A stretch of DNA of 64,000 bases, taken from NCBI GenBank assembly GCA_033764315.1, contig JANRJA010000191.1, forward strand, positions 21,249 through 85,248. Reading direction: 5' to 3'. Position numbers and translations under genes: made by a program. The notes under the pieces were generated by a model that was not told where the DNA came from, searched no databases, and worked only from the letters and a program-made list of their open reading frames with translations. Of the stretch, positions 9,552-19,339 are shown piece after piece (position 1 is the first letter of the stretch; each line of letters begins with the position of its first letter). This stretch comes from Oculatellaceae cyanobacterium bins.114. Its GTDB lineage: Bacteria; Cyanobacteriota; Cyanobacteriia; Elainellales; Elainellaceae.

Positions 9552-10033
9552 TAGACCGTCCAGGTGTCCAAAATAAAAGCGTTATCTTTGCGATGCATTA
9601 AAATCACATCCAACACATCTAACGGGCTGATGGGGCGAATTCCAGGGATTAAGGATGGTTCACCATGACCATACAATGCTTGCAGTGCAAAGCGGCAGGC
9701 ATACACTTTGCCACCTTCAGCCATAAACTTGCTGAGTTGATTGTTGAAGTTTTGGTGTCCTGGAAAAGCTTCATCGCCAATCTTAGGAAAGCCACGTTGT
9801 ACACCCAAAGTGACACCGGGTCCATACAGCAACACAGATGTCTCAAACCCTTTACGCAGAAGGCGTAAAGCTTGCAATAAGTTAACCAGACCAATCGAGC
9901 CTTCAAAGGCAACGGTGTGGAAGGTTACGAGTGCTTTTTCCCCCGGATCAGCTTTGACATCGGGGAAGACTTTTTCTTCATAATCTACAAAAAAGTCACC
10001 AACTTGGTGAGCGGGGGTAGTTACTTCGGGCAT
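9551..10033 (-). CDS. nitB: MSMEG_0572/Sll0783 family nitrogen-starvation protein (DsrE-like)
   Basis: [32 protein letters not shown] and [12 protein letters not shown]; first gene of the operon. Confidence 0.92.
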   Translation of the reverse strand: MPEVTTPAHQVGDFFVDYEEKVFPDVKADPGEKALVTFHTVAFEGSIGLVNLLQALRLLRKGFETSVLLYGPGVTLGVQRGFPKIGDEAFPGHQNFNNQLSKFMAEGGKVYACRFALQALYGHGEPSLIPGIRPISPLDVLDVILMHRKDNAFILDTWTV

Positions 10034-10117
10034 GAATATCTTCCTTAGTAATAAAAAATGAGAACTGACAACTCTAGAGCAAGGTTAACCCGGTGTCATT
10101 TCATGGAGTTATTGAGC

Positions 10118-10159
10118 AGGTTAAGAGGTGCTCTCAGCGGTTTTTGTATCTGTCATTAC
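10118..10159 (-). promoter_or_regulatory. Canonical NtcA-activated promoter for the Nit1C operon
   Basis: On the - strand: GTA-ATGACAGA-TAC (10159-10146), exactly 22 nt, then TAACCT (TAN3T -10 box, 10123-10118). Confidence 0.85.
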
Positions 10160-10261
10160 GAAAGGCATAAGTCTGTCACTATGGCTAGTCAGTCAAGCCC
10201 TTATATTCCTAGGGGCATCCATTTCTTCAGATCACCTATCGATTTAAACAGGTTAATTCTC

Positions 10262-10332
10262 TATGGCAGTCCTAAATCATTTGTGAGATGGGCAGGTTGT
10301 GAGCCTCTCATAACCCATTTGGGATTGCTATA
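10262..10332. mobile_element. MITE-like element, TAT(A/G)GCARTCCTAAAT...ATTTGGGATTGCTATA family
   Basis: Near-identical ends at 32736-32804 and 59807-59884; TA-flanked terminal inverted repeats. Confidence 0.75.
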
Positions 10333-10672
10333 GTTGACCGCTAAGAGCTACTGGTTTTCTCACGCTTACAACAACCCTGCACTTAATTTGGGAAGAAACA
10401 GAGATCTGTGTACACAGTAGCCTCAAACAGTAGGGAGCTAAACCGTTCAAAATCCCTTTTTTAAGATTGCTCTAAGTCTATTGCTACTCGTTCTACCAGT
10501 AGTCCTACTTGACGACTAGGAACGTTCTTAAACGTTAGAAATTTTTAGCTAAAACTCATCTTCAAATATTCTAGCTTGGTTAAAATCATCCTAAACTTCT
10601 CATCTAGTAGTTAGACCCAGAAACGTAGATTGTATATAAAGTTATGTTGGCAAACACTACAAAGCGAACACG

Positions 10673-11224
10673 ATGAACAACAGATATTCATATATTGGTG
10701 GCAAGCAAGGCTCTTGGCGAGTAGTAGATATCCGGAGTATTTTTGGGGCAAATTTAGATTGGGTTGAAAGAGTCGATGTGGTAAATGAAGCTGTCCCAGA
10801 ACCGCCATTTGATAGTTCTTGGGTTCTCCAAAGTTTTACCAGCAATGTTCGCTATGCCATGCGTCATGAAGTCAACACGCTTAAAACAGTGCAACCTGGG
10901 TTAAATCGCTCAGAAGCAGTTTCAGGCGTGCTGATTCCGATTAAAAAATCTGCTCAGTGGTGGGATATGGCACAAGACGAGCGACGAGCCATTTTTGAGG
11001 AAGAATCTCACCACACCGCGGTTGGTTTAGAATATCTTCCAGAAGTGGCGCGTCGGCTAATGCACTGTCGCGATCTAGGAGAACCATTTGATTTTCTCAC
11101 CTGGTTTGAATTTGCCCCAGAACACACTAAAGCTTTTGACGAATTGCTTGTGCGGATGCGAGCCAGCAAAGAATGGAACTATGTAGAGCGTGAGGTTGAG
11201 GTTCGTTTAGAGCGAGATGTATAG
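10673..11224 (+). CDS. cld: Chlorite dismutase family protein (short, clade-2-like Cld)
   Basis: 183 aa with LIPIKKSAQWW, DERRAIFEEESHH (proximal His), VARRL (distal Arg position) and HCRDLGEPFDFLTWFE. Confidence 0.85.
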   Translation: MNNRYSYIGGKQGSWRVVDIRSIFGANLDWVERVDVVNEAVPEPPFDSSWVLQSFTSNVRYAMRHEVNTLKTVQPGLNRSEAVSGVLIPIKKSAQWWDMAQDERRAIFEEESHHTAVGLEYLPEVARRLMHCRDLGEPFDFLTWFEFAPEHTKAFDELLVRMRASKEWNYVEREVEVRLERDV

Positions 11225-11409
11225 ATGCTCATTGTCTGGGTGTGGTTGACTGGCAACACCATGATGGAAACCTCTCTTGGCATCTTTAAAGGAGTGGTAG
11301 ATGCGATCGCCAATCAACTTATCCAACTAAAGATCCATAAGACTTGTACAATTTTTTTATTTCTATATTTTTTTACTGGGTTCTTTCCCCAACACTGGAG
11401 CTTACCATC

Positions 11410-12051
11410 ATGGTTCAAGAACTGCCCCCATCCGCCTTGGCAAGAGTTCAGCAACTAAAACTTGACGCAGACCTTGCAAATGAGCATGCCCAAGTGATTC
11501 TCAAGTTGATGGAACAGGTTTTGGAAGTCACCCCAGATGAACCCTTTGACAACATGGGTAGTGCTTTTGAATCTGGAGATTATGGTTATTTCAAATTAGC
11601 GTTTAGAAAAGATCAAGGAGACTCTGATGCAGAAAATGCTCTATGGATCGAGTACATTCGAGTCCGCCATGATCCAGCCTTTAGACCCCAACTAAAAACT
11701 GTTTTAGAACGGGTGGGTGCCCCACTCAAGGTTCAGGAAGCAGCCTCATCCAATATCGAAAAAATTCAACAGTTGAAACTTGACTCAGAGTTTGCCAACG
11801 AGCATGCCCAAGTGATTCTCAAGTTAATGGAACAGGTTTTAGAAGTCACCCCAGATGAACCATTCGATAAAATAGGGGCTGCCTTTCAATCTGGAGATCA
11901 TGGCTATTTCAAACTGGCGTTTAGAAAAGATCAAGGAGACTCTGACGCAGAAAATGCTCTGTGGGTCGAATACGTTCGAGTTCGCCATGATCCAGCCTTT
12001 AAACCCCAACTAAAGACTATTTTGGAGCATGTCGGTGGCTTAACCGCTTAA
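11410..12051 (+). CDS. Hypothetical protein made of two near-identical domains at 106-aa spacing
   Basis: Likely ATG at 11410; DNA repeat period of 318 bp (11452 vs 11770). Confidence 0.8.
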   Translation: MVQELPPSALARVQQLKLDADLANEHAQVILKLMEQVLEVTPDEPFDNMGSAFESGDYGYFKLAFRKDQGDSDAENALWIEYIRVRHDPAFRPQLKTVLERVGAPLKVQEAASSNIEKIQQLKLDSEFANEHAQVILKLMEQVLEVTPDEPFDKIGAAFQSGDHGYFKLAFRKDQGDSDAENALWVEYVRVRHDPAFKPQLKTILEHVGGLTA

Positions 12052-12097
12052 AGTTCAGAGGCTTCTGAGAACAAGCCAGAGATCAGTAAACCCAGTA

Positions 12098-12889
12098 CTA
12101 CCGGCGATAGGACGGATCATCTCGGTCGAGCAACCGGATCAATGCAGGCCACTCTAGTTGCCCTAAATCCTCAATATCTTGCTGCACAGCTGCATGTTCA
12201 CACACCTCATCGCTTAGAGTAATGAGCGGGGTTCCTGTGGATTGTGCAGTAATTTGCACTTCGCAGGCACGATTGAGATAGAACATGAGGATAAACGCTT
12301 CTGGAACGGTGCGCCCAGCCGTTAACAGCCCATGATTTCTAAGAATCATCACTTTCCTGTCTCCCAAATCGGAGACTAGCCGCTCTCGTTCATCTAGATC
12401 CAGGGCAACTCCTTCATAATCGTGATATGCCACTCGGTTATGGAACTGCAATGCAAATTGGGAAATGGGCAATAAACCACACTCCAATGCCGATACGGCC
12501 ATTCCATATTTTGTATGGGTATGTAGCACACAGTGCAGGTCTTCGCGGGCAGCATGAATGGCACTGTGAATCACAAAGCCAGCCGGATTAACCGCCCACT
12601 CACTCTCACCCACAATATTTCCGTAGAGATCAATCTTCACCAAACTTGAGGCTGTGATTTCGTGAAACATCATGCCATAGGGATTGATCAAGAAGTGATG
12701 GTCTGGCCCAGGAATGCGGACTGAAATATGGGTATAAATTAAATCTGACATTTGAAACTTATCGATTAAACGATAGGCGGCTGCCAGTTGAATGCGCAAC
12801 TCTCGCTCACTCAGATTTAGATCCGCTTTGGGAGCATAGGATTGCAGGTCAAAATCAATTTTTTGCACCATCGGTTTCAATGCCTTCAC
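12098..12889 (-). CDS. Class II aldolase/adducin family protein
   Basis: DLIYTHISVR, FLINPYGM.FHEITASSLVKID, AGFVIHSAIH, HTHT and LRNHGLL. Confidence 0.9.
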   Translation of the reverse strand: MKALKPMVQKIDFDLQSYAPKADLNLSERELRIQLAAAYRLIDKFQMSDLIYTHISVRIPGPDHHFLINPYGMMFHEITASSLVKIDLYGNIVGESEWAVNPAGFVIHSAIHAAREDLHCVLHTHTKYGMAVSALECGLLPISQFALQFHNRVAYHDYEGVALDLDERERLVSDLGDRKVMILRNHGLLTAGRTVPEAFILMFYLNRACEVQITAQSTGTPLITLSDEVCEHAAVQQDIEDLGQLEWPALIRLLDRDDPSYRR

Positions 12890-12940
12890 AACATTAAAGA
12901 TTACGGTATGGCGTTGCTTAATTCAACAATGTTCCAACAA

Positions 12941-12958
12941 TTAACTGTCAACAGTTAA
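12941..12958. promoter_or_regulatory. Palindromic operator TTAACTGT-CA-ACAGTTAA (putative GntR/FadR site)
   Basis: Perfect 8-2-8 inverted repeat between divergent genes; a copy with one mismatch lies at 15944-15961 upstream of the GntR gene. Confidence 0.75.
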
Positions 12959-13052
12959 CAGTTCTGTGTTTGGAAACACAGTTCTTGATCTGAAATCCCT
13001 GGTAAGACTACTAACGAGAATGGTCATACCATTTATTTATAGGGTGCCTATT

Positions 13053-14090
13053 ATGACAGCCGCATTAAACCAATCATTGAGTGATCTAAATATTTATAGT
13101 CGTCGAGACAAGCCGTCGTGGAATGCGATCGCCCTAATCTACATCATTGGCGGTTATGGCAGCGGTCTTGCCTTAATTCTGCTTCCTTCAGGGTGGTTGA
13201 ATGGATTGGGAGTATTGTTGCTCTCTCATACGCTGTTTTTGTCGGCTGTAATGACTCACGAGTTCATGCACAGCACCATCTTTGCTCAGCAAAAGTGGAA
13301 CGAACTGGGCGGCAATGTGATGATCTGGATGAATGGGGGGTGTTATGCCCGGTTTCGAGATTTAACCCGTTGGCACATCGCCCACCATATTGAGCGGGCT
13401 GACTTTCCGCCTGTTAACTTGGCTGAGTTTTTGCAAACGTTTCCAGCGGTGATTTGTAGGATCATTTATGGGCTGGAGTGGCTCTACTTTCCAGCGATCG
13501 CCTTTTTGATGCAGTGGCGTGCCTTAACCCGTCCTTTTTGGAGTGGCAAACGACAGGACGAACGATGGCGCACTAGTATGGTTTTGCTGATTCGGGGAAG
13601 TTTGTTTGCGCTATTGGCATGGGTGTCTCTCAAGGCATTGTTGCTCTACTTCTTGTCGTATATCGGCATGCATTTTTTAATGCAAATCATGAATGCCTTT
13701 TTCCATACCTACGAGCCGTTTAGTGCAAATATGACGATCACTCAGCGTGATTGGATCTATGAGCAAGCCAATTCGTTTTCTTGTCTAGTCTCCCAAAATT
13801 ATGGGTGGCTTAATCTGTTAGTGCTCAACTTTGGCTATCACAACGCCCACCACGCGGTGATGCGGTGTCCGTGGCACAGTTTGCCAGAACTCGATCAAGA
13901 CTTAATTCCTCATCAACCCAATGCCCCATCTCATCGATTTTCAGTGTGGCAAATGTTAGGCAACTATCACACCTATCGACTGGCTCGACTACAAGGAGGT
14001 CATGGTCAGGTGATCGATGAGGCAGGAAACTACAATCTTGCCAATTTTCGGGGTGATGTCGGGGTGGGGTTTATGGTTTTACCCGTTTAG
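13053..14090 (+). CDS. Membrane fatty-acid desaturase superfamily protein
   Basis: Three His boxes HEFMH, HIAHH and HNAHH plus TM segments; likely ATG at 13053. Confidence 0.85.
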   Translation: MTAALNQSLSDLNIYSRRDKPSWNAIALIYIIGGYGSGLALILLPSGWLNGLGVLLLSHTLFLSAVMTHEFMHSTIFAQQKWNELGGNVMIWMNGGCYARFRDLTRWHIAHHIERADFPPVNLAEFLQTFPAVICRIIYGLEWLYFPAIAFLMQWRALTRPFWSGKRQDERWRTSMVLLIRGSLFALLAWVSLKALLLYFLSYIGMHFLMQIMNAFFHTYEPFSANMTITQRDWIYEQANSFSCLVSQNYGWLNLLVLNFGYHNAHHAVMRCPWHSLPELDQDLIPHQPNAPSHRFSVWQMLGNYHTYRLARLQGGHGQVIDEAGNYNLANFRGDVGVGFMVLPV

Positions 14091-14150
14091 AGGAGATTCC
14101 TCAATTCCCCTGCAACAAAGAGACTTCCCTTACTCATTGCTAATTTTTTT

Positions 14151-14774
14151 ATGCTAGATACAACGATTTCAACGGATACAACTGCGGTCACAATTCCAGC
14201 TCGCAGAGGCAAGGCAACCGCTCTCAAGCAGGGGCAAGTGATCCGAGTGGTCAATACTTACGGGCAACAGGTAGTCGATACCTGGGCATTTAACGCCGAT
14301 GATCTGAGCGAGTTTATGTCAATGGAGCACACGCGTACCTTTTTAGGACGCATTATTCCCAGAGTGGGCGATCGCTTTGTCACCAATCATCGGCGTCCAA
14401 TTTTGACCGTGGTTGAAGACACCTCACCCGGCATTCATGACACACTACTAGCTGCATGCGATCGCTATCGCTATGAGCTGTTAGGATTTCCCAATCACGA
14501 TAACTGCACCGACAATTTAGCCGCTGCACTGGCAGAGTTGGGGTTAACGTCTGCCCACACCCCCAGCCCGCTGAACTTATTTATGAACATTCCAGTATCA
14601 CAAACTTACGAAATTTCCTTTTTGCCCCCCGTCAGCAAAGCCGGAGATGCGATCGCACTCCGGGCAGAGATGGATTGCATTGTGGCATTTTCATCTTGTC
14701 CTCAAGATGTGGTGCCGATCAATGGCGTTGATTGTAAACCTACAGACGCTCACTTTATTGTTTCCGATTCATAA
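14151..14774 (+). CDS. DUF1989 / urea carboxylase-associated family protein
   Basis: GQQVVDTWAF, HDTLLAACD, NCTDNL, PLNLFMNIPV and SSCPQD. Confidence 0.88.
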   Translation: MLDTTISTDTTAVTIPARRGKATALKQGQVIRVVNTYGQQVVDTWAFNADDLSEFMSMEHTRTFLGRIIPRVGDRFVTNHRRPILTVVEDTSPGIHDTLLAACDRYRYELLGFPNHDNCTDNLAAALAELGLTSAHTPSPLNLFMNIPVSQTYEISFLPPVSKAGDAIALRAEMDCIVAFSSCPQDVVPINGVDCKPTDAHFIVSDS

Positions 14775-14814
14775 CCTTTGTACACACGCTGTGGAAACAT
14801 CTTGAATGGGCACC

Positions 14815-15105
14815 CTAAATGGGCAAACAGCAAGGAATAATGATACATCCACCCTCGGCTCGTTGTGCCTTCAACGTTTGTGCAGCGGCTTTGCAGGCTT
14901 TAAACCGCTGAGGAGCCAGTCGCAGGGCAGTGCTTAAATTGTGATCTGTCAAAATACGCTTTATATAATCTGAGCAAGATTCGTCTCCGTGCAACACTCC
15001 GTGAGGGCAAGAAAACCCTTTCCGAGGTGAAATATGAGTTCGGTAGACATTGAGAGAGGCGATCGCGGCTTGGGTAGCAAACGATTCAAATGTATTGGCA
15101 GTCAT
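14815..15105 (-). CDS. YidD-like (membrane protein insertion efficiency factor / haemolytic domain) protein
   Basis: YRTHISPRKGFSC.H..LHGDESCSDY and RFKAC pattern. Confidence 0.7.
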   Translation of the reverse strand: MTANTFESFATQAAIASLNVYRTHISPRKGFSCPHGVLHGDESCSDYIKRILTDHNLSTALRLAPQRFKACKAAAQTLKAQRAEGGCIIIPCCLPI

Positions 15106-15196
15106 GAGTTAAAGCAGGGGTAGAAACCACACCTCAACTTGTATCTCAAACCACACCTGAAGGACTCTATCAAGAGGTTTAATTAAAGGGAATGGC

Positions 15197-15919
15197 TCAT
15201 TCATTGCTCATCATTTGTAGATGACGGGTAAATACCTTGCCATCGGCGTTGTGCTGCCGTGCCGTTTGTTCCGCTAAGGAACCATCCCCCGAACAGATCG
15301 ACTCAACCAACTGCTCGTGCTCTGCCGTAATGACAGATAAGTCAGGAAACAGGGTATCGGTGTAGGCAATACAAAGGTGAATTTGTTGCTCAATTAATTT
15401 GTATTGAGCTTGTAATCGACTGTGATCCGATAACTGCACAATCGTCTTATGGAGTTGAAAATCTGCATCCGTAATCTTCTTTAAATCTCCACCCTGTACG
15501 GCTTGGGTCAAGGCAGCTAATGCATGTTTCAGCATCTCGATCTTTTCATCTGTCAATGTCTCCGCAACTAAGCGAGATGCAAGACTCTCTAACGCCGTTC
15601 GTAGTGTATGCAATTCCCAAATGTCATTCAAACTTAGGGTTGTAACTGTCCACCCTTTATGCAGGACTTGTGTGATCAACCCTTCATAAGTCAGTTGTTG
15701 CAATGCCGATCGAATCGTGCCTCGGCTTAATTTAAATTGATCGGCTAAGTTGGTTTCTTTAAGGCGAAAGCCAGGTGGATAATGTCCTTTGAGAATTTGC
15801 TCGCGCAGCACATCAGCAACCTGACAATCTAAGCTTTGCGGAACGATGCTTTGCGGAACAATGCTTGGTGGAACGATACCTGGTGAAACGGTATTTAAGC
15901 TTGGTTTTTGATCTTTCAT
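15197..15919 (-). CDS. GntR family (FadR/FCD) transcriptional regulator
   Basis: Winged HTH LREQIL.G.YPPGFRLKE..LA..F.LSRGTIRSALQQL..EGL; FCD motifs DFQLH and EHEQL. Confidence 0.92.
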   Translation of the reverse strand: MKDQKPSLNTVSPGIVPPSIVPQSIVPQSLDCQVADVLREQILKGHYPPGFRLKETNLADQFKLSRGTIRSALQQLTYEGLITQVLHKGWTVTTLSLNDIWELHTLRTALESLASRLVAETLTDEKIEMLKHALAALTQAVQGGDLKKITDADFQLHKTIVQLSDHSRLQAQYKLIEQQIHLCIAYTDTLFPDLSVITAEHEQLVESICSGDGSLAEQTARQHNADGKVFTRHLQMMSNE

Positions 15920-15943
15920 AAATTTACAATATTCAGTTAACCG

Positions 15944-15961
15944 TTAACTGTCAACAGTTTA
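15944..15961. promoter_or_regulatory. Palindromic operator TTAACTGTCAACAGTTTA (putative GntR site)
   Basis: Lies between the divergent gntR and dehydrogenase genes; matches 12941-12958 at 17 of 18 positions. Confidence 0.75.
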
Positions 15962-16038
15962 CATTTTTGTGCTCATTAACACAGTTATTCAAATAACCCC
16001 CTTGTTAAATAAATGAAAAATTGGATGTAGGGTGACCT

Positions 16039-16983
16039 GTGAATAAGCCTGCGATTCACGTTGTTGTCGATGAGCCAGATATGTATGACTACAAAGCTCT
16101 TCTGGCTGAACTTGCACCGGAGGTAACACTGACCCTGTGTGAAGACCCAGCGGCTCCTCCTGCGGCGATCGCAGATGCCGAAATCTTGCTGACTTGGCGA
16201 CCACATCCCCATGTGTTGCAAGGAATGCCCAAACTAAAGTGGATTCATTCCACGGGTGCCGGAGTAGAAGCCATTTTGCAATCAGACTATTTTTCCCCCA
16301 CGGTGACATTAACCCGCACCGGAAAAATGGCAGGTCGTTTGATGGCGGAATATGTGCTCGGTTTCATTTTAGCAACCACCTTTCGCCTGCCATTTGTGGC
16401 AGCTAATCAGCAACACCATCGGTGGCAACCATTTAAGATTCATCCAGTACAAGGCAAATCTTGCACCATTTTGGGAATGGGAGAAATTGGGCAGGAAATC
16501 GCTGCCCTGTGTCAGGCGATCGCCCTCAATGTAACGGGTATCAATCGCACTGGAAGCTCAACTATAGAGAGCATTCCCACCTATTCTATAGAATTCCTCG
16601 ATCAGGTATTACCTGTCACTGACATTTTAGTGGTGGTGGTTCCCCTGACTCCTGAAACTGAGGGAATGCTGGATGCCCGTCGATTAAACTTGCTGCCCGA
16701 TCAAGCACTAATTATCAACGTCAGTCGTGGGCCTGTCATCGTAGAAGCCGATTTAATTCAAGTCCTGAAAGAGCGATCGCTCACGGCGGTGTTGGATGTG
16801 TTTAATCAAGAACCACTTCCCCCTGATTCTCCTTTTTGGGACATGGACAACGTAATTGTTACACCGCATATTGCGGGTCCCTATGATCCAGAGTTTTGTA
16901 CACAAGTATTTCTCGACAATTTGGAACGCTATCGGTTAGGACAAAAGATGAATTACGTCGTTGATTATGCCAAAGGCTATTGA
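16039..16983 (+). CDS. D-2-hydroxyacid dehydrogenase family protein
   Basis: GMGEIG Rossmann motif, PLTPET, INVSRG, LDVFNQEPLP and TPHIAG. Confidence 0.9.
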   Translation: MNKPAIHVVVDEPDMYDYKALLAELAPEVTLTLCEDPAAPPAAIADAEILLTWRPHPHVLQGMPKLKWIHSTGAGVEAILQSDYFSPTVTLTRTGKMAGRLMAEYVLGFILATTFRLPFVAANQQHHRWQPFKIHPVQGKSCTILGMGEIGQEIAALCQAIALNVTGINRTGSSTIESIPTYSIEFLDQVLPVTDILVVVVPLTPETEGMLDARRLNLLPDQALIINVSRGPVIVEADLIQVLKERSLTAVLDVFNQEPLPPDSPFWDMDNVIVTPHIAGPYDPEFCTQVFLDNLERYRLGQKMNYVVDYAKGY

Positions 16984-17025
16984 GTTTTGATTGGCTAAGA
17001 CCCACTCTCTACAGGTAAATCTGCT

Positions 17026-18174
17026 ATGTTGACGCAAGAGAAAATACAACCCTCGGGTACAACTGTCGAAGCGTTTTTACAGAACTGGCGGCCTCAACGC
17101 ATTGAAACAGCTTCTTCGTTTCCAGCACAGATGTATACGTCAGAATATGTGTATCAACTGGAACAAGAACGAGTGTTTGGTAAACGCTGGCTTTATGTTG
17201 GAGATATTAGTCAACTTCCAGAGCCAGGTTCCTATTTCACCCTTGAGATTGCTCAACAACCCCTCTTGATCGTTAAAAATTTAGATGGACAACTGCGGGG
17301 ATTTTTTAATGTCTGCCCCCACCGGGCAGGTCCTATTGCCCTTGATGCAGGTCAGTGTCATCGGTTTACGTGCCTCTATCACGCCTGGACATTTGACCTA
17401 AACGGTGAGTTAAAAGCCATGCCCCACATGGCCGATGCAGAAGCCCTCAACCCCGGCGAGTTTGGGCTTAAACCCATTCAAGTAGATACATGGGGTCCGT
17501 TTATTTTTATCAATCTTGACCCCCATGCAGAACCGCTAACTGAACAGTTGAGTCACTTAATTGAGCACTTTGATCGCTTTAATTTTTCTAAGCTTGCAAA
17601 GGTTAAAAGAATTGATTACGAAGCTAATGCAAACTGGAAATTGTACGTTGAGAATAGCTCTGAGAGTTATCACGTTGCAATGGTTCACCCCTCTCTGGAT
17701 TTGTTTAAAGCACTCGATCGCTTTGAAGCAGATGTTCAACAACACTACTACACCGAGTATTTTCCCTTCTTAGAAAACAGTGATGAGTTGCAAAAAGGAT
17801 TTGCTCCGGGCCTATATATTGACGGGCTAAATGAGTGGGAAATGCAAGGAACTTCAGTGACTGTGTTGTATCCCAATTTGATCCTGGTTACGTCTCCTAA
17901 CTTTGTGCTGGCACGGATGGTAAATCCTCAAGGATTATCTAAAACCCATGTGCGGTTTGAGTGGTTTGTACCAAACACAGACGTAGCAAAATCTGATGCT
18001 AATGTCGCAGCAGTTGTCCAAATTTATGATCAGGTCGTTCGTGAGGATTTAGTCATGCTCGATCACGTTCAACAACGGGTGCGATCGCTCAGTTATACCC
18101 CCGGTCGGCTTTCTCCAGAGCTAGAAGTAGGCGTACATCGCTTTCAACATGCTTTGATGGAGTACATTCGCTAA
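17026..18174 (+). CDS. Rieske non-heme iron oxygenase alpha subunit (choline monooxygenase/CntA-like)
   Basis: Rieske motif NVCPHR...CLYHAW; mononuclear site NWKLYVENSSESYHVAMVH and C-terminal ED; FPAQMYTS. Confidence 0.88.
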   Translation: MLTQEKIQPSGTTVEAFLQNWRPQRIETASSFPAQMYTSEYVYQLEQERVFGKRWLYVGDISQLPEPGSYFTLEIAQQPLLIVKNLDGQLRGFFNVCPHRAGPIALDAGQCHRFTCLYHAWTFDLNGELKAMPHMADAEALNPGEFGLKPIQVDTWGPFIFINLDPHAEPLTEQLSHLIEHFDRFNFSKLAKVKRIDYEANANWKLYVENSSESYHVAMVHPSLDLFKALDRFEADVQQHYYTEYFPFLENSDELQKGFAPGLYIDGLNEWEMQGTSVTVLYPNLILVTSPNFVLARMVNPQGLSKTHVRFEWFVPNTDVAKSDANVAAVVQIYDQVVREDLVMLDHVQQRVRSLSYTPGRLSPELEVGVHRFQHALMEYIR

Positions 18175-18390
18175 GCGAGCAAGACGGTTTGTATCAATAA
18201 ACACCGAACTAAGATAGTATTCCTGATTTAAGTATCTTCATTACTCACATTCAAATTTGCTTCTCTGTCTAAGTTTCAGGATACTAAGTGTTGAATAACT
18301 TGGATCGGCGATCGCCAACACCCTGTATCCAATAACACGCTACTTGAATAAGTACCCATATTCATCTGTATCTCAAGGAGTCTTACCCTA

Positions 18391-19263
18391 ATGATTAGTC
18401 GTCTGCGAGGAATGCGCTGGCTTCCTAAAACCCTCAGTCTTGTTTTTCTGATGCTGTTGACGTGCTTTGTTGCCGTCGCTTGTAGTTCTTCTTCCACTTC
18501 AGATAGCGGATTTCCAGCGGAACTCACCTTTGCCACTGAAGATGATTACCCACCCTTTGACTTCCAACAAGATGGCAAGCACGTAGGGTACAACCAGGAC
18601 ATGCTTGATCTCGTTGCTGCTAATGCACCCTTCACCATCAAACAGGAAATTATTCCCTGGCAGGGCGTTTTAGCAGGTATTGCTTCTGGCAAATATGCCG
18701 CCAGTAATGCAGTGGCATCCGTGTTAGAAGAGCGTCTGGATGCGGTCAATTTCACTATGCCCACCACCGAATTAACCAACTATTTCTTGAAGCGTAAAGG
18801 CGATGACTCGATTAAAGCGATCGCCGACTTTGCAGGTAAGAACATCGGTGTACAGCAAGGTGGAGCAACAGCCGTCATGGTGGATGAAATCATTCGCCCT
18901 GAGTTGGCAAAAACTGGGCAAGACGTGGGCAATGTCGCAGAATATGGAGCGTTTGCAGAAGCCTATCAAGATCTAGAAAACAAACGGATTGATATTGTGA
19001 TCAACAACGTTGTAGCGTTGTCACAACTCGTTAAAGAGAAAGGCGATATTTACGAAATTGGGACTCAGATTGGTCCAACCATTTACGCTGGATGGACTGT
19101 TAGTAAGAACAATCCGCAATTGCTGGAGTTTCTTAATACAGAACTCGGTAAGCTCAAAGCCAGCGGCAAGATGAAGGAACTACAAGAGAAATGGTTAGGT
19201 ATTGCATTTGACCTCCCCGATGAACCTCAACTGCCTGGAGGCGTACCCATTCCCGCATCATAA
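18391..19263 (+). CDS. Polar amino acid ABC transporter substrate-binding lipoprotein
   Basis: Lipobox (VAVAC), ATEDDYPPF and ELQEKWLG, family-3 SBP pattern. Confidence 0.88.
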   Translation: MISRLRGMRWLPKTLSLVFLMLLTCFVAVACSSSSTSDSGFPAELTFATEDDYPPFDFQQDGKHVGYNQDMLDLVAANAPFTIKQEIIPWQGVLAGIASGKYAASNAVASVLEERLDAVNFTMPTTELTNYFLKRKGDDSIKAIADFAGKNIGVQQGGATAVMVDEIIRPELAKTGQDVGNVAEYGAFAEAYQDLENKRIDIVINNVVALSQLVKEKGDIYEIGTQIGPTIYAGWTVSKNNPQLLEFLNTELGKLKASGKMKELQEKWLGIAFDLPDEPQLPGGVPIPAS

Positions 19264-19339
19264 CTTGTCCTATTGCCTCCCCTTCTCCTCAATCAGGAGG
19301 AGGGGTTGGGTCATCAGGAGATTTTTTTCCTAATCAGGT

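Noticed and set aside
9172-9576. 134-aa Lys/Glu/Arg-rich ORF, and the 9320-9502 Phe/Ser-rich ORF
   Set aside because: These are translations of the low-complexity purine/pyrimidine tract and overlap the nitrilase gene.
15833-15878. 15-bp repeat encoding IVPPS-IVPQS-IVPQS at the GntR N-terminus
   Set aside because: It is real but most likely a neutral slippage expansion in a disordered tail.
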